Translations under genes and position numbers: made by a program
Shown here: positions 9,674 through 20,236 of the stretch, one piece after another
Position numbering within the stretch: the first letter of the stretch is position 1
Layout: each line of letters opens with the position of its first letter
Assembly (NCBI GenBank): GCA_963727775.1
Contig: CAVSHB010000001.1
Location: 480,001-544,000 of the forward strand
Direction: 5' to 3'
Source of the DNA: an uncultured Nitrospiraceae bacterium
GTDB lineage: Bacteria; Nitrospirota; Thermodesulfovibrionia; Thermodesulfovibrionales; SM23-35
Length of the DNA stretch: 64,000 nucleotides
The notes under the pieces: generated by a model
Told to the model about the DNA's origin: nothing
What the model saw: only the letters and a program-made list of their open reading frames with translations
Databases searched by the model: none

Positions 9674-10455
9674 AAAATTCCGTGCGCGCAATTTGTCTTT
9701 CATTGCACATTTTAACTGGAAAACAGCAATCCTCTGAATTTGATAGAACTGATGATTTGTAGGTGCTAGATCGCAAGACTACCTTTTCAGCTCTCTAAGG
9801 CTGTGCATACTTCAGGGCGAAACTTTATTTTCTGCGTGTGGTCACGTTGTTCATTAATTATCAAAAGTAACTAACACTGCAGGCTATCTCTCAGAGGAGT
9901 TGGACTGACGAGTGGCAGAAATTTCCGTTGCGATCGTGCCGTGCGTATTTTGAGACAAACTCATCGTGAATTGCCGCTCTGCATAAATGTAGAGTATCAG
10001 ATGGAAGAAACGTTCTCAAACTTTAAACTGGGACGGGAGTTACTGGATGAACACCACAGATTGAATAGGGCCCTGGTGCGAGGATTAGAAATGGTAATTA
10101 TTACTGTGGTGTAATGTCCACAGTGTCATGTTGTAGGTGGACTCCACACCGGCCGATGAAAATTCTGATCTTCTTTCTTCTTGCCTGCGCCGATAAATGT
10201 TTCTTCCAGTATTTCACGCGGGAAAAAGTGGGTCTCTGAATCCACTCGCCGAAAAATTGAATTCCAGACGCCGGGGGAATTCGTAAAGTTATGCGGCGGA
10301 CTCCGCAGTCATGCAAAAACGATGATGGTATCGACTTCCGTGAGAAGTATTGCCATTAGATACCTATATAAACGGCAGGTGCAAACAGGGCATTCAGGGA
10401 GTCCCAAGCGATTATTATCATCTTGTCGAAAAGTCAGCTATTTATGTAAAACTTA

Positions 10456-10602
10456 ATTAATCTCCATACCCCGCCGTCTCTGCGGCGGGCACCTTACGTC
10501 GTCGGGGTGCAGGGCGTCGGAGCGAAGCGCAGACCCTTGCCGACCCGCGGGGTCTAATACCCCGTGGTGTCGTGCCGAGCAAAGCGAGGTTTAGTTTATT
10601 GT
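10456..10602. repeat. 147-bp GC-rich palindromic element, copy 1
   Basis: Identical by eye to 24030-24176. Hairpins CCCGCCG-TCTCTG-CGGCGGG and CCGCGGGGT-CTAAT-ACCCCGTGG. Confidence 0.9.
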
Positions 10603-10628
10603 CTTCGTTTTTTGCCGGAGCTGTCAAA

Positions 10629-10728
10629 AAGTAAGAACTTAATTGTTTAAGTAAAGACTTAATTGTCTAAGTAAAGACTTAATTGTCTAAGTAAGAACTT
10701 AATTGTCTAAGTAAGAACTTCATTGTCC
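10629..10728. repeat. 5 x 20-bp tandem repeat AAGTAA(GA/AG)ACTTAATTGTCT
   Basis: Contiguous units start at 10629, 10649, 10669, 10689 and 10709. Confidence 0.95.
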
Positions 10729-10754
10729 GCAGATAAGAAATATAAAGAAAGACG

Positions 10755-10844
10755 TGGCGGAGGGGGTGAGATTCGAACTCACGGTAGAGTCACCCCTACA
10801 ACGATTTTCAAGACCGTCGCCTTAAACCGCTCGGCAACCCCTCC
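10755..10844 (-). tRNA. tRNA-Ser(TGA)
   Basis: GGAGGGGTTGCCGAGCGGTTTAAGGCG...anticodon TGA, long variable arm, GTTCGAATC and encoded CCA; 90 nt. Confidence 0.97.
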
Positions 10845-10982
10845 GGGTACAAAAACAAAGAGAAAAAATAAGCAGTAAAAGAAAAAATTCTGTAGCTATT
10901 ATAACAGAAATGATATTTGACTTTTTAGGCCTGAATTCATTTTAATAAATTTAGCTTAAACTATAGATTATATGAGGTTATT

Positions 10983-11612
10983 ATGAAAGATTCGGCGATT
11001 CAGTTAATCCTGCAGGCAGGTATTATAGTAAAGATTGTTTTAATCATCCTTCTGTTTTTTTCGGTGGTATCGTGGGCGATCATATTCTTCAAACAGAGAT
11101 ATTTTTCAAAGGCGAATAAAGAGTCTCAGGAATTCTTAAGGGCCTACAGATCGAACAGGGACTCTAAAGGCTTGTTCCAGGCAACAAGGAATTTGATGAT
11201 GAGCCCTATTGCAAATCTGTTCAGATCAGTATATACCGATGAAATACATAAGGATAAGAGCGAGTCTAAGAGACTTCTCAGAAGATATGGCGCCCTCGAA
11301 TCCGCGAAACTTGAGAAGTACCTTAATTTTCTTGCGACAACGGGCTCGACAACCCCGTTTATCGGATTATTCGGGACAGTCTGGGGGATCATGAATTCCT
11401 TCAGGAATATCGGTACAGCCGGCGCTGCCTCACTCGCGGTTGTCGCCCCCGGAATCGCCGAATCCCTTATAGCCACTGCCGCGGGACTTGTCGCAGCTAT
11501 ACCTGCCGTAATCGCGTACAATTACTATCTCAGCATGGCCCGGCGGATGATTATTGAGATGGAGGACTTTTCAGAAGAACTCCTCGATTTTTTTACAAGG
11601 GATAATGCATGA
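10983..11612 (+). CDS. tolQ: TolQ (MotA/TolQ/ExbB family)
   Basis: TPFIGLFGTVWGIM and VVAPGIAESL; operon context. Confidence 0.93.
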   Translation: MKDSAIQLILQAGIIVKIVLIILLFFSVVSWAIIFFKQRYFSKANKESQEFLRAYRSNRDSKGLFQATRNLMMSPIANLFRSVYTDEIHKDKSESKRLLRRYGALESAKLEKYLNFLATTGSTTPFIGLFGTVWGIMNSFRNIGTAGAASLAVVAPGIAESLIATAAGLVAAIPAVIAYNYYLSMARRMIIEMEDFSEELLDFFTRDNA

Positions 11613-12010
11613 AGTTGAATAAAGAGAGAACTGTCCTCTCTGAAATAAATGTGACCCCTTTTGTCGATGTAATGCTTGTGCTCCTTGTGATCTTTATGGT
11701 AACAGCGCCTTTACTTCAGCAGGGGATAGATATAAACCTTCCGAAAGCCAAGGGAAAAGACCTGCCCCCTGAGGAAAGAATAACCCTCGTAGTAAAAAAG
11801 GACGGGATGGTTTATATGAATGATAATCCTGTTACGGTGGCGGAAATGCGGCAAAAGCTCGAAGCGATAAGCAAATTGAACCCCAATGTGTTTCTGAAAG
11901 CGGATAAAGATGTGCCTTACGGGTTTGTTGTCGAGGTTATGGGTGAGATAAAGGAGGCAGGCATAGAAAAGCTCGGCATGATTACCGAGCCGAAAATAAG
12001 CCTGAAATGA
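11609..12010 (+). CDS. tolR: TolR
   Basis: EINVTPFVDVMLVLLVIFMVTAP. Confidence 0.93.
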   Translation: MKLNKERTVLSEINVTPFVDVMLVLLVIFMVTAPLLQQGIDINLPKAKGKDLPPEERITLVVKKDGMVYMNDNPVTVAEMRQKLEAISKLNPNVFLKADKDVPYGFVVEVMGEIKEAGIEKLGMITEPKISLK

Positions 12011-12687
12011 GAGGACCGAGCCTTTCGAAGACGGCTTTATTGTCTTTTGCCCTCCACCTTACAGCATTCTTGATCATCTTTCTTGTTTTGAGGCAATCCA
12101 ATCACATGATTATGTCCTCACCTTATACTGTCAGTCTTATCAGCCCCGATGCCCTCACAGGGCTTGATAAAGGACCGGTTGAAGAGGGGAAAAATATCGA
12201 TGCAGATAAAGAAGCTGTCATGCCGGTCGCTCCTGCTGAGAAACCCAAAAAAAACAAGAAAGAGACGGCGAAAGAAAAGGAGATGGTGAAGAGAAAGATA
12301 TCCGCCATTGAAGCAAAGAAAAAGATCGAAAAGATAGCCAGGCTCCGTTCGGTTATTTCTCTAAAAGCAGGTGTGGACAGGCGAAATATTAATTCTAAAA
12401 TAAGCCTTCCGTCTTCCGGCAAAAGCGCCATGTCCGATGATTATTATTCAAAGATAATAAAGGAAATCCATGAGCAATGGTCTTCCCCGCCGGGCGTAGC
12501 GAAGAAAGATATCGAAGCCGTCATATCAGTGCGGATACTGAAGGACGGGACTGCTATTGTCCAGAAGATAGAGAAGAGTTCGGGTAACACATTGTTCGAC
12601 AAATCGGCAGTCAGGGCGCTCGCAAAGGCAAGTCCGCTGACGCCGCCTCCGTATGAAATGGAGATAGGAGTGAGGTTTTTTCCATGA
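12007..12687 (+). CDS. tolA: TolA/TonB C-terminal domain protein
   Basis: N-terminal TM helix, Lys/Glu-rich linker and SSGNTLFDKSAVRA; lies between tolR and tolB. Confidence 0.8.
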   Translation: MRGPSLSKTALLSFALHLTAFLIIFLVLRQSNHMIMSSPYTVSLISPDALTGLDKGPVEEGKNIDADKEAVMPVAPAEKPKKNKKETAKEKEMVKRKISAIEAKKKIEKIARLRSVISLKAGVDRRNINSKISLPSSGKSAMSDDYYSKIIKEIHEQWSSPPGVAKKDIEAVISVRILKDGTAIVQKIEKSSGNTLFDKSAVRALAKASPLTPPPYEMEIGVRFFP

Positions 12688-13982
12688 AGACAGGGTTCAA
12701 AATTCAAAGTTCAAAATTCAAAGGTTCAACAATTTTACTGTTTACTGTCTGCCTGCTGTCTGCTGTTTGTCGTCTGCTGCCTGCTGTTGCTGAGGCAAAG
12801 GTTTATATAGACATTTCATCCCCTGCTTTTAGAAAACTGCCTGTTGCCATACAGGAATTAACCGGACCGTCGGGCAAGGAGATATCGGACATTATTAGAA
12901 ATGATCTTGAAATTACCGGTCTTTTTGCTTTCATTGAAAGGGCCGCCTATTTAGAAAAACCATCCCAGCCTTTTAACCCGAAGAACTGGACGCCCATCGG
13001 CGCAGAGGCGGTTGTAAAGGGCTCTGTAACAATGGCGAAGGATTTGATTGTGACGGTGTCTCTATATGATGTTGTTGAAGGGAAGGAGATACTCAGGAAG
13101 GAATATAAGGCGGGGAAAGAACTTCTCAGGCCTTTGTCACATACAATCGCAAACGATATCTATTATGCGCTCACGGGTGAGACAGGCGTCTTCAGGTCAA
13201 GGATAGCCTGTGTCGGTGAAGACAAAGGCGAGAGGTCTGTCTATATTATGGATTGGGACGGCAACAGGATAACGAGGACGGGTTTGAAAGGGAATATAAT
13301 CCTTTCTCCCAGGTGGTCGAGAGACGGCTCAAAGCTTATCTATTCCACTGAAAGAAATAGACAATGGGGCATTTATCTGTTAGACTTTACAAAAATGAGC
13401 GAGCGAAAAGTATTTTCCTCGAAGGGCACGAATATGGCTGGTGATTTTTTCCCGGACGGAAATGAATTTGTCATCTCATCTTCAAAGGGCGGGAACCCCG
13501 ACCTCTATGTTGTAAATCTGAAAAATGGCGCTGCAACGAGATTGACGTCTTCCCGGGGGATTGAGGTTTCCCCTGCCGTTTCTCCCGATTCCGGATATAT
13601 TGCGTTTGTCTCCGACAGGGGCGGCAGCCCCCAGATATATGTCATGAGAAAAGACGGCTCCGGTGTGAAGAGAATAACATTTGAAGGTTCTTATAATACG
13701 TCTCCGGCCTGGTCCCCGAAAGGAGACAAGATAGTCTTCGCGGGCAGGCGGGGTACAAACCAGATATTTATAGTCAACCCTGACGGCGCCGGATTGACAC
13801 AGCTTACATCACAGGGTAACAATGAAGACCCTTCATTTTCTCCTGACGGCAGATATATAACCTTCTCTTCCGATAGGGATGGAGTAAAAGGTATATATAT
13901 CATGAGGGCAGACGGCGAATCCCAGCAAAGAATTACCCCCAGAAATCTAAAGACATATAACCCCAGATGGTCGCCGAATTAA
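12684..13982 (+). CDS. tolB: TolB beta-propeller protein
   Basis: PD40 repeats (SPRWSRDG, SPAWSPKG, PSFSPDG). Confidence 0.93.
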   Translation: MKTGFKIQSSKFKGSTILLFTVCLLSAVCRLLPAVAEAKVYIDISSPAFRKLPVAIQELTGPSGKEISDIIRNDLEITGLFAFIERAAYLEKPSQPFNPKNWTPIGAEAVVKGSVTMAKDLIVTVSLYDVVEGKEILRKEYKAGKELLRPLSHTIANDIYYALTGETGVFRSRIACVGEDKGERSVYIMDWDGNRITRTGLKGNIILSPRWSRDGSKLIYSTERNRQWGIYLLDFTKMSERKVFSSKGTNMAGDFFPDGNEFVISSSKGGNPDLYVVNLKNGAATRLTSSRGIEVSPAVSPDSGYIAFVSDRGGSPQIYVMRKDGSGVKRITFEGSYNTSPAWSPKGDKIVFAGRRGTNQIFIVNPDGAGLTQLTSQGNNEDPSFSPDGRYITFSSDRDGVKGIYIMRADGESQQRITPRNLKTYNPRWSPN

Positions 13983-14060
13983 TAGAATGTGGCCTTTGTA
14001 TTTTGCCTTGGACAGGAATTAAGATGTATAAACTATAAATATTCAGAGAAGGAGGTTTTC

Positions 14061-14642
14061 ATGAAAAACGTTTTTATAATGATCGTATTGGTGTCCGGAC
14101 TTGTATTCGCAGGATGTTCTTCCAAGCATGTGGTGCCGCCGGAGCAGCCTGCGCAGATCGAGATGCAGAAACAGGCCGTTGTTCCCGCAAAGGAACCGCC
14201 CAAGCAACTACCTCAGAGGCCGCCTGAAAACATAACAGACCAGCAGCTTGCGAAGGTCGAAACAACCGAAGAGGCCCCCACGTACTCAGAAGAGAAAAGC
14301 CCGTTTGAGGATATCCACTTTGATTACGATAAATATGAGATCCATTCGGATGCGCAAGTTGCTCTGAAGTCGGTTTCTTCCTGGCTGCTTAAGAATCCGT
14401 CCGCGAGACTCCTTATCGAAGGACATTGCGATGAAAGGGGAACGAACGAATACAACCTGGCTTTGGCGGATAGAAGGGCGAAGTCGGTAAGGGATTATCT
14501 GATTGCGCTCGGCATAGCTTCCCCCCGGGTTGAAATGGTAAGTTACGGAAAAGAAAAACCGATATGTATGGAGCATACGGAAGGATGCTGGGCAAAAAAC
14601 AGAAGGGCGCATTTTGTCATTCTGAGAGAGGCGGGTAAATAG
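14061..14642 (+). CDS. pal: Peptidoglycan-associated lipoprotein Pal
   Basis: RBS AAGGAGG before ATG 14061, lipobox FAGC, and IEGHCDERGTNEYNLALADRRA. Confidence 0.95.
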   Translation: MKNVFIMIVLVSGLVFAGCSSKHVVPPEQPAQIEMQKQAVVPAKEPPKQLPQRPPENITDQQLAKVETTEEAPTYSEEKSPFEDIHFDYDKYEIHSDAQVALKSVSSWLLKNPSARLLIEGHCDERGTNEYNLALADRRAKSVRDYLIALGIASPRVEMVSYGKEKPICMEHTEGCWAKNRRAHFVILREAGK

Positions 14643-15604
14643 TGGCGCTAAAAAGAAAATTAGAGTATTTTTGTAAAATCAGGATTTGTTTTTTACCTTT
14701 TGCTGTCTGTTGTTTGCTGGCTGCCGTCTACCTGTTGTCCGGATGCGCGACTTCTTCGGACATCGAATCTCTAAAACAGGATATCAATAGACTCCAGAAG
14801 GATTCGTTTGCTACAAAGGGAGAGGTAACAAGCCTGAAAGAGAAGACGGCGGATGTTGCAAAAGAAGAATCCTTCAATATTGTGAGACAGGGCCAGGCGG
14901 AGATGCAGGCCACAATATCGAATCTGTCGAAAGATATTCAGATGTTGAACGGCAGGTTTGATGAGAATAAATACTTTATTGAAAAGACCCTCAAAGATAC
15001 GACAGCGGAGATGGACCTGATAAAGGTGCAGATAACGAGCATGGAAAGCCGCTTAAAAGAAATGAGAGACAGGTTAAATGTCCTTGAAGGCCGGATGAAA
15101 GAACAAAAAGAACCTTCAAAGGAACAGGCAGGCGGGGACGAGAATATGGAAGAGCCTCAAAAGGAGCCAGAGCCCGCTGAGGCGCATCCTGCAAAAACAA
15201 CCGCCTCCGATAATGTTTCAAAGTACGAAGCTGCATATACCGCTTTTAAGAATAAGAAATATAAAGAGGCAAGGGAAAAATTCGAGGCTTTTATAAAAGA
15301 GTTTCCGAAGGATGAACTTTCCGACAATGCGCATTTTTGGGTAGCTGAGACATATTACAGTGAAAAGGACTACGAAGGGGCCATCCTTGCATATGAGACA
15401 TTCCTGAAAAAATATCCTAAGAGCAGGAAGGCTACTTCCGCCCTTTTAAAACAGGGCTTTTCATTCCTTGAAATAGGCGACAAAAAAACCGCCCGGGTGA
15501 TATTTGAGCAGGTCGTTGAAAGATATCCTGATTCAAAAGAGGCCGAGACTGCAAAAAAACAAATCGAGGGCCTTAATAAGAAACCTGTAAAAAAGAAGAA
15601 ATGA
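14642..15604 (+). CDS. cpoB: Tol-Pal system protein CpoB/YbgF
   Basis: Lipobox LSGC, coiled coil and C-terminal TPRs; follows pal. Confidence 0.88.
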   Translation: MALKRKLEYFCKIRICFLPFAVCCLLAAVYLLSGCATSSDIESLKQDINRLQKDSFATKGEVTSLKEKTADVAKEESFNIVRQGQAEMQATISNLSKDIQMLNGRFDENKYFIEKTLKDTTAEMDLIKVQITSMESRLKEMRDRLNVLEGRMKEQKEPSKEQAGGDENMEEPQKEPEPAEAHPAKTTASDNVSKYEAAYTAFKNKKYKEAREKFEAFIKEFPKDELSDNAHFWVAETYYSEKDYEGAILAYETFLKKYPKSRKATSALLKQGFSFLEIGDKKTARVIFEQVVERYPDSKEAETAKKQIEGLNKKPVKKKK

Positions 15605-16671
15605 GCGGACTTAAGGACACATATCAGCGCACTATAGATTACATGCGCGTATCGATAACCGACAGGTGTAATCTGCGCTGTGTTTATTGTATGCCCCCTA
15701 ATGGACTCAGGCCGATAGAACATAAAGAGATTTTACGCTATGAAGAGATTGTCAGGGTCCTGAAGATTGCCGCTGCCAATGGCGTCAGTAAAATACGCAT
15801 AACAGGCGGAGAACCGCTTGTGAGGAAAAATATTTTCTATCTTATTCAGGAGATAAAAAACATTGACGGCATAGATGACCTCAGCCTGTCGACTAATGGT
15901 ATCCTGCTCGGGAAATACGCTGAAGGGCTGGCGGCTGCGGGATTGGACAGGGTCAATGTCAGTCTAGATTCCTTAAGACCTGACAGATACAGGACTATTA
16001 CCAAAGGAGGAGATATTGGAGCCGTGCTCAGAGGCATCAAAGCAGCCGAAAAAGCCGGCTTGTCTCCTGTAAAGATAAATATGGTACCGATACGCGGACT
16101 CAATGAAGATGAAATAACGGATTTTGCGAGAATGACGCTCGATACCCCATACCAGGTCAGATTTATAGAATTCATGCCTTTGGGTGTGCAGAAGCTCTGG
16201 AGGTCTGAAAGAGTAGTCTCTGCCGAGGATGCGAGATCTGTAGTTGAAGATATAGGCAGCCTCACTCCTGTCAGGCTTAAAAAATCAGGACCTGCAAGGT
16301 ATTTCAGATTTGCCGGCGCAGCCGGGGTGCTCGGTTTTATCAGCCCGATCAGCAATCATTTCTGCGGAGAATGCAACCGCCTTCGCCTGACGGCTGACGG
16401 TAAATTAAGGCCTTGTCTTTTCTCGGAAACAGAGATAGATTTGAGATCTGTTTTGCGCAGCGGCGCACCTGATAATGAGATTGAACGCCTGATTAAACTC
16501 TCTGTCGCCGCGAAACCCCAAGGTCACAATATAAGAATAAAGGACTTATTTACCCCTGCTCATTCCTCCGTAACGGATATGCAAAGGATGGGAGATACGG
16601 ATCTCGGAGAGGTCGATTTAAGAACTCCGGTATCTCCTCACCAAAGGCCTATGTCAAGCATAGGCGGATGA
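15601..16671 (+). CDS. moaA: GTP 3',8-cyclase MoaA
   Basis: CNLRCVYC, CGECNRLR...C and C-terminal GG. Confidence 0.96.
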   Translation: MSGLKDTYQRTIDYMRVSITDRCNLRCVYCMPPNGLRPIEHKEILRYEEIVRVLKIAAANGVSKIRITGGEPLVRKNIFYLIQEIKNIDGIDDLSLSTNGILLGKYAEGLAAAGLDRVNVSLDSLRPDRYRTITKGGDIGAVLRGIKAAEKAGLSPVKINMVPIRGLNEDEITDFARMTLDTPYQVRFIEFMPLGVQKLWRSERVVSAEDARSVVEDIGSLTPVRLKKSGPARYFRFAGAAGVLGFISPISNHFCGECNRLRLTADGKLRPCLFSETEIDLRSVLRSGAPDNEIERLIKLSVAAKPQGHNIRIKDLFTPAHSSVTDMQRMGDTDLGEVDLRTPVSPHQRPMSSIGG

Positions 16672-16811
16672 TCAGTAATATCTGTTGAAGGCCGCTTCTC
16701 TTCAGGTAAAAAACATTAGCTTTGCGTTGAAGTATGCGCGCCCATTTGATATAATCATTCCTGATTTTCACAATACTTCTGCAAAATTTCTTCATAAGGG
16801 ATGATTACACA

Positions 16812-17348
16812 ATGAGAAAAATTATCGTCTTTCAGCTGTTAATTTTTTTGTGTTTGATTTTAAGCGGGAGGGCTTATGGCGGGGAGAAGGACATGTCCTG
16901 GGATTTGGCCGTCGGCCCCGGTTTAAACCTCGACGGGATGAGCACCAAACAGCTGCTTATCGCGCCCGCACTGTCAATGAAAGTGCCGAAACATGAACTA
17001 TTGCGCTGTCGGTTTGAGGGGGACCTGGAATTAATCGACAGCAACGGAGCTATAACCGCTGTAATAGGGGTGGCGCCGTTTCTCAGGTTTTTGATGTCAC
17101 AAAAAGAGTCGAGGCCGTTCCTTGAAGCCGGTGCGGGTGTCAATTTGATCAGCAGGGACCATACAGACAGAAAAGATTCCGGGGGTATCTTTCAATTTAC
17201 TCTCATGGGAGGCGCAGGATATGAGTTTTCGTCTTCCGGAAAACCGATCAGCATATCCTGCAGATTCAGGCATATGTCAAATAGTCATATTTATCATAAT
17301 AATGAAGGCATTAACTCTTTATATTTAATCTTGGCATTCGGTATCTAA
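16812..17348 (+). CDS. Acyloxyacyl hydrolase / PagL-like outer-membrane protein
   Basis: Signal peptide, PFLEAGAG and FRHMSN...NEGIN. Confidence 0.75.
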   Translation: MRKIIVFQLLIFLCLILSGRAYGGEKDMSWDLAVGPGLNLDGMSTKQLLIAPALSMKVPKHELLRCRFEGDLELIDSNGAITAVIGVAPFLRFLMSQKESRPFLEAGAGVNLISRDHTDRKDSGGIFQFTLMGGAGYEFSSSGKPISISCRFRHMSNSHIYHNNEGINSLYLILAFGI

Positions 17349-17393
17349 ATTCAGGAGTGATTTGGCTTCAGCGGCAAGTCTAACCAATAAATC

Positions 17394-17470
<77 letters not shown>

Positions 17471-17488
17471 ACGTAAAATAATAACATA

Positions 17489-18343
17489 TCACTGCAACAA
17501 AATATAATCCGCATCTCCTTCGGTAAACTCCCGGGGCTCAATGTGACCCGGTACTTGAGGAAGTATCACCCGGTATCTGATTTTTTCGGATGATGTCCTT
17601 ATCTGTTCGGGAATACCTTTGCTCCATGCATGTCCGTTGCCGGCCAATACAACGACGGTTTTGTCAGGATGTTTTTTGAGGAATTCGAGAAGATGTTTTG
17701 CCATTGCTTTGTCCCACATCAGTTGAGCTTCGCAGAAATAAAGAAACTGCCTGCTCCCGTGGCCGTGCATAGCATAAGCCCTCCTGATGAACTTCATGTA
17801 TGTTTCATCGACAAGACATCCGGCTTCAGCCGGCAATTTTTCAAGTTCCTTTTTTGTCAGTGCACTGAATCCTGAAACGGCTATCTTCTGTGTTATCTCA
17901 GGTGGAACGTTCAGCCCTACTGCAGGGATTCTATTGTTCCTTATGTAAAGAAAAATATCTTCATAGAGAGGCCATGGGAAGTTCCAGTTCTTATAATAAA
18001 CTGTTATAAAATCTTCCACAGGAAACGTCCCCGCTACCCACTGATCGAGATAGTTCTGGCTTTCGTAGGTAAACATCTCAAGCCCCACAGCTAAAGGAAT
18101 TTTTCGGCTGTCCAATGCATTTATGATGTCAAGCTGCAACCGGTGATGAGTTTTGTTGTCGTGGACTTCGCCCACAAAAACAAGGTTGGTATGCCTGAGA
18201 TCATCGATCATTTGATCATAGCGTATGGTTGTTCTATCTCTTAGCCGGAATACACTTGTGCTCCCTGCGCATATCCCGGTCTGAAAGAAAATCTGGAGAC
18301 CGAAAACCATAAATAAGACGAGCAGAAAGGTTTTTACGGCCAA
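17489..18343 (-). CDS. ChaN/PhuW-family (heme-uptake-associated) protein
   Basis: VGEVHD...[21 protein letters not shown] and AGNGH. Confidence 0.85.
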   Translation of the reverse strand: MAVKTFLLVLFMVFGLQIFFQTGICAGSTSVFRLRDRTTIRYDQMIDDLRHTNLVFVGEVHDNKTHHRLQLDIINALDSRKIPLAVGLEMFTYESQNYLDQWVAGTFPVEDFITVYYKNWNFPWPLYEDIFLYIRNNRIPAVGLNVPPEITQKIAVSGFSALTKKELEKLPAEAGCLVDETYMKFIRRAYAMHGHGSRQFLYFCEAQLMWDKAMAKHLLEFLKKHPDKTVVVLAGNGHAWSKGIPEQIRTSSEKIRYRVILPQVPGHIEPREFTEGDADYILLQ

Positions 18344-18413
18344 GCCCCTGCTGACGCTCGTGACTTTCAGCGGTCTTTTATTCTTCGCAGAAATTTTCAG
18401 TATTTTCCCCTGC

Positions 18414-19004
18414 CTATTTCTCTATGACCTTGATCTTTATTTCTATCCGTTCGTCGGGATTGTCTTTCCTGTCTCTCGGCTGGCTTACTATTTTGTCGGC
18501 AACTTCCATCCCGGAAACTACCTCACCAAAAACAGTATATTGTCTGTCGAGAAAAGGCGCATCAGCCACGCAGATGAAAAACTGTGAACCTGCGCTGTCA
18601 GGCTGCGCAGCCCTCGCCATGGAAAGGGTCCCCCTTTTGTGTGGTTTTTCATTAAATTCCGCTTTAATTGTATATCCCGGACCACCCATTCCGTGCATCG
18701 ACTTGTCCGGATTTTTTGAGTTGGGGTCCCCGCCCTGGATCATAAAACCGGGGATAACACGGTGAAAGATTGTTCCGTTATAGGACCCCTTTTTTGCAAG
18801 CTCAATGAAATTATTTACATGAATCGGCGCGACTTCAGGGAAGAATTTCAGTTCAATGTTACCGAATTTTGTTTCGATTACCGCCTTTGTTTCAGCCATC
18901 TTTTTGATCTCCTCTTTCGTGAAATTTTTCTTGATTGTCTCTCCATATGCAAAAGGAGAGGATAGTATAAAAAATAAAACAGACAGCATTGACAGGAAAC
19001 GCAT
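18414..19004 (-). CDS. Cyclophilin-type peptidyl-prolyl isomerase
   Basis: FHRVIPGFMIQGGDP, SMARA and GSQFFI. Confidence 0.95.
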   Translation of the reverse strand: MRFLSMLSVLFFILSSPFAYGETIKKNFTKEEIKKMAETKAVIETKFGNIELKFFPEVAPIHVNNFIELAKKGSYNGTIFHRVIPGFMIQGGDPNSKNPDKSMHGMGGPGYTIKAEFNEKPHKRGTLSMARAAQPDSAGSQFFICVADAPFLDRQYTVFGEVVSGMEVADKIVSQPRDRKDNPDERIEIKIKVIEK

Positions 19005-19176
19005 AAGACCTCCTTAAAAAGATAGTCTTTTACTCTATCAAACTTTGAATACTAATTTCTATGTACGCCCGATCTTTCTTTCACATTTTCATTGACAATG
19101 ATACAAATTTCCCATACTATTTCGATTAGTTAGATTGTTTCGGACATTCTACGATAATCTCTGAAGGAGGCCACTT

Positions 19177-19581
19177 ATGAAAGTAGACGAGATAATGACG
19201 GAAAAATTAGAAATTATTGGTGCTAATGCTCTTATCTATGATGCCATCGAAAGGATGATCGACAAACGGATACGTTCCTTATTGGTAAAACCAAGAGACG
19301 AGCATGACGTCTATGGTGTTATTACGGTCAGAGACATTGTTCACAAAGCTCTTGGAAAGAATCTCGACCTGAATAAGACAAAAGTCGCTGAAATTATGTC
19401 AAAACCGGTGGTTTGCATTGATAAGGGCATGGATGTTGAGCATGCCATCAACTTAATGACCAAGTTCAATATTACCAGGGTTTTTGTCAATGAAGGTAAG
19501 GAAATTGTCGGGATTATTTCCCTGTTGGATGTTATGTCTGCTGCATTGATAACAAGAGCAAGAGAGGGACGCGGTGCTTAA
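19177..19581 (+). CDS. CBS-domain protein
   Basis: Two CBS repeats (GVITVRDI, GIISLLDV). Confidence 0.88.
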   Translation: MKVDEIMTEKLEIIGANALIYDAIERMIDKRIRSLLVKPRDEHDVYGVITVRDIVHKALGKNLDLNKTKVAEIMSKPVVCIDKGMDVEHAINLMTKFNITRVFVNEGKEIVGIISLLDVMSAALITRAREGRGA

Positions 19582-20203
19582 AAACGTATTTGGCGGTAGC
19601 ACAGAGCAAAAGGTTATTGACAGCATAAAGAAGCATATGCAAATCCTCTATTCCGCATCGGAATGCTTTAAAAAGGGTTTGCAGGAATGGAATAAGGATC
19701 AGATGTATTGTGTTGCCGATCTCGAAAGGGAAGGTGACATTGTTCGGCGAGAGATAATCTCAATGATCTATGAAGGCGCCTTTTTACCTTTTCTCCGTAC
19801 GAATATCTGCCGGTTTGTTGAGATAGTAGATGAGGCATTTGACGTGCTGAAAGATGCTGCGTTTGAGTTCGAAAATCTGGGGCCGAAACTCGATGAAGAG
19901 ATAAGGGAAGACTGCATTAAAATTTCTGATATCAACCAGCAAATGTGCGATATGCTCATCATTGCTTTTGACGCCTTATTCAATAAGGGAGATTTGCGGG
20001 AGAAAACTCTGGCTATCAGGATCTATGAGAAAAAGGTTGATGATATGAAATTTGATCTGAACGGAAGACTAAGAAACAAAGAGGTAAAAGATTTCTGGGA
20101 GGGAAGAACACTCTCGGATTTCATATCGTATCTTACCCATATAAGTGATGTTATTGAAGATGCCAGCGACTATCTTCATATATTAAACTTGAGCATGAGA
20201 TGA
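19574..20203 (+). CDS. DUF47/PhoU-like Pit accessory protein
   Basis: LEREGDIVRREI...GAFLP...ISDVIEDASD; upstream of pit. Confidence 0.85.
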   Translation: MLKNVFGGSTEQKVIDSIKKHMQILYSASECFKKGLQEWNKDQMYCVADLEREGDIVRREIISMIYEGAFLPFLRTNICRFVEIVDEAFDVLKDAAFEFENLGPKLDEEIREDCIKISDINQQMCDMLIIAFDALFNKGDLREKTLAIRIYEKKVDDMKFDLNGRLRNKEVKDFWEGRTLSDFISYLTHISDVIEDASDYLHILNLSMR

Positions 20204-20236
20204 CATCATGATGTCTCCAAATGATTATTCTGCTCA

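Noticed and set aside
9780..10455. Short ORFs 10101-10316 and 10181-10456
   Set aside because: No recognisable motifs or RBS; probably decayed DNA.
10629..10728. 20-bp repeats as a CRISPR array
   Set aside because: Units are contiguous with no spacers, and there are no cas genes in the window.
19592..19603. Second ops-like GGCGGTAGC
   Set aside because: It lies inside a CDS and lacks the terminal TG.
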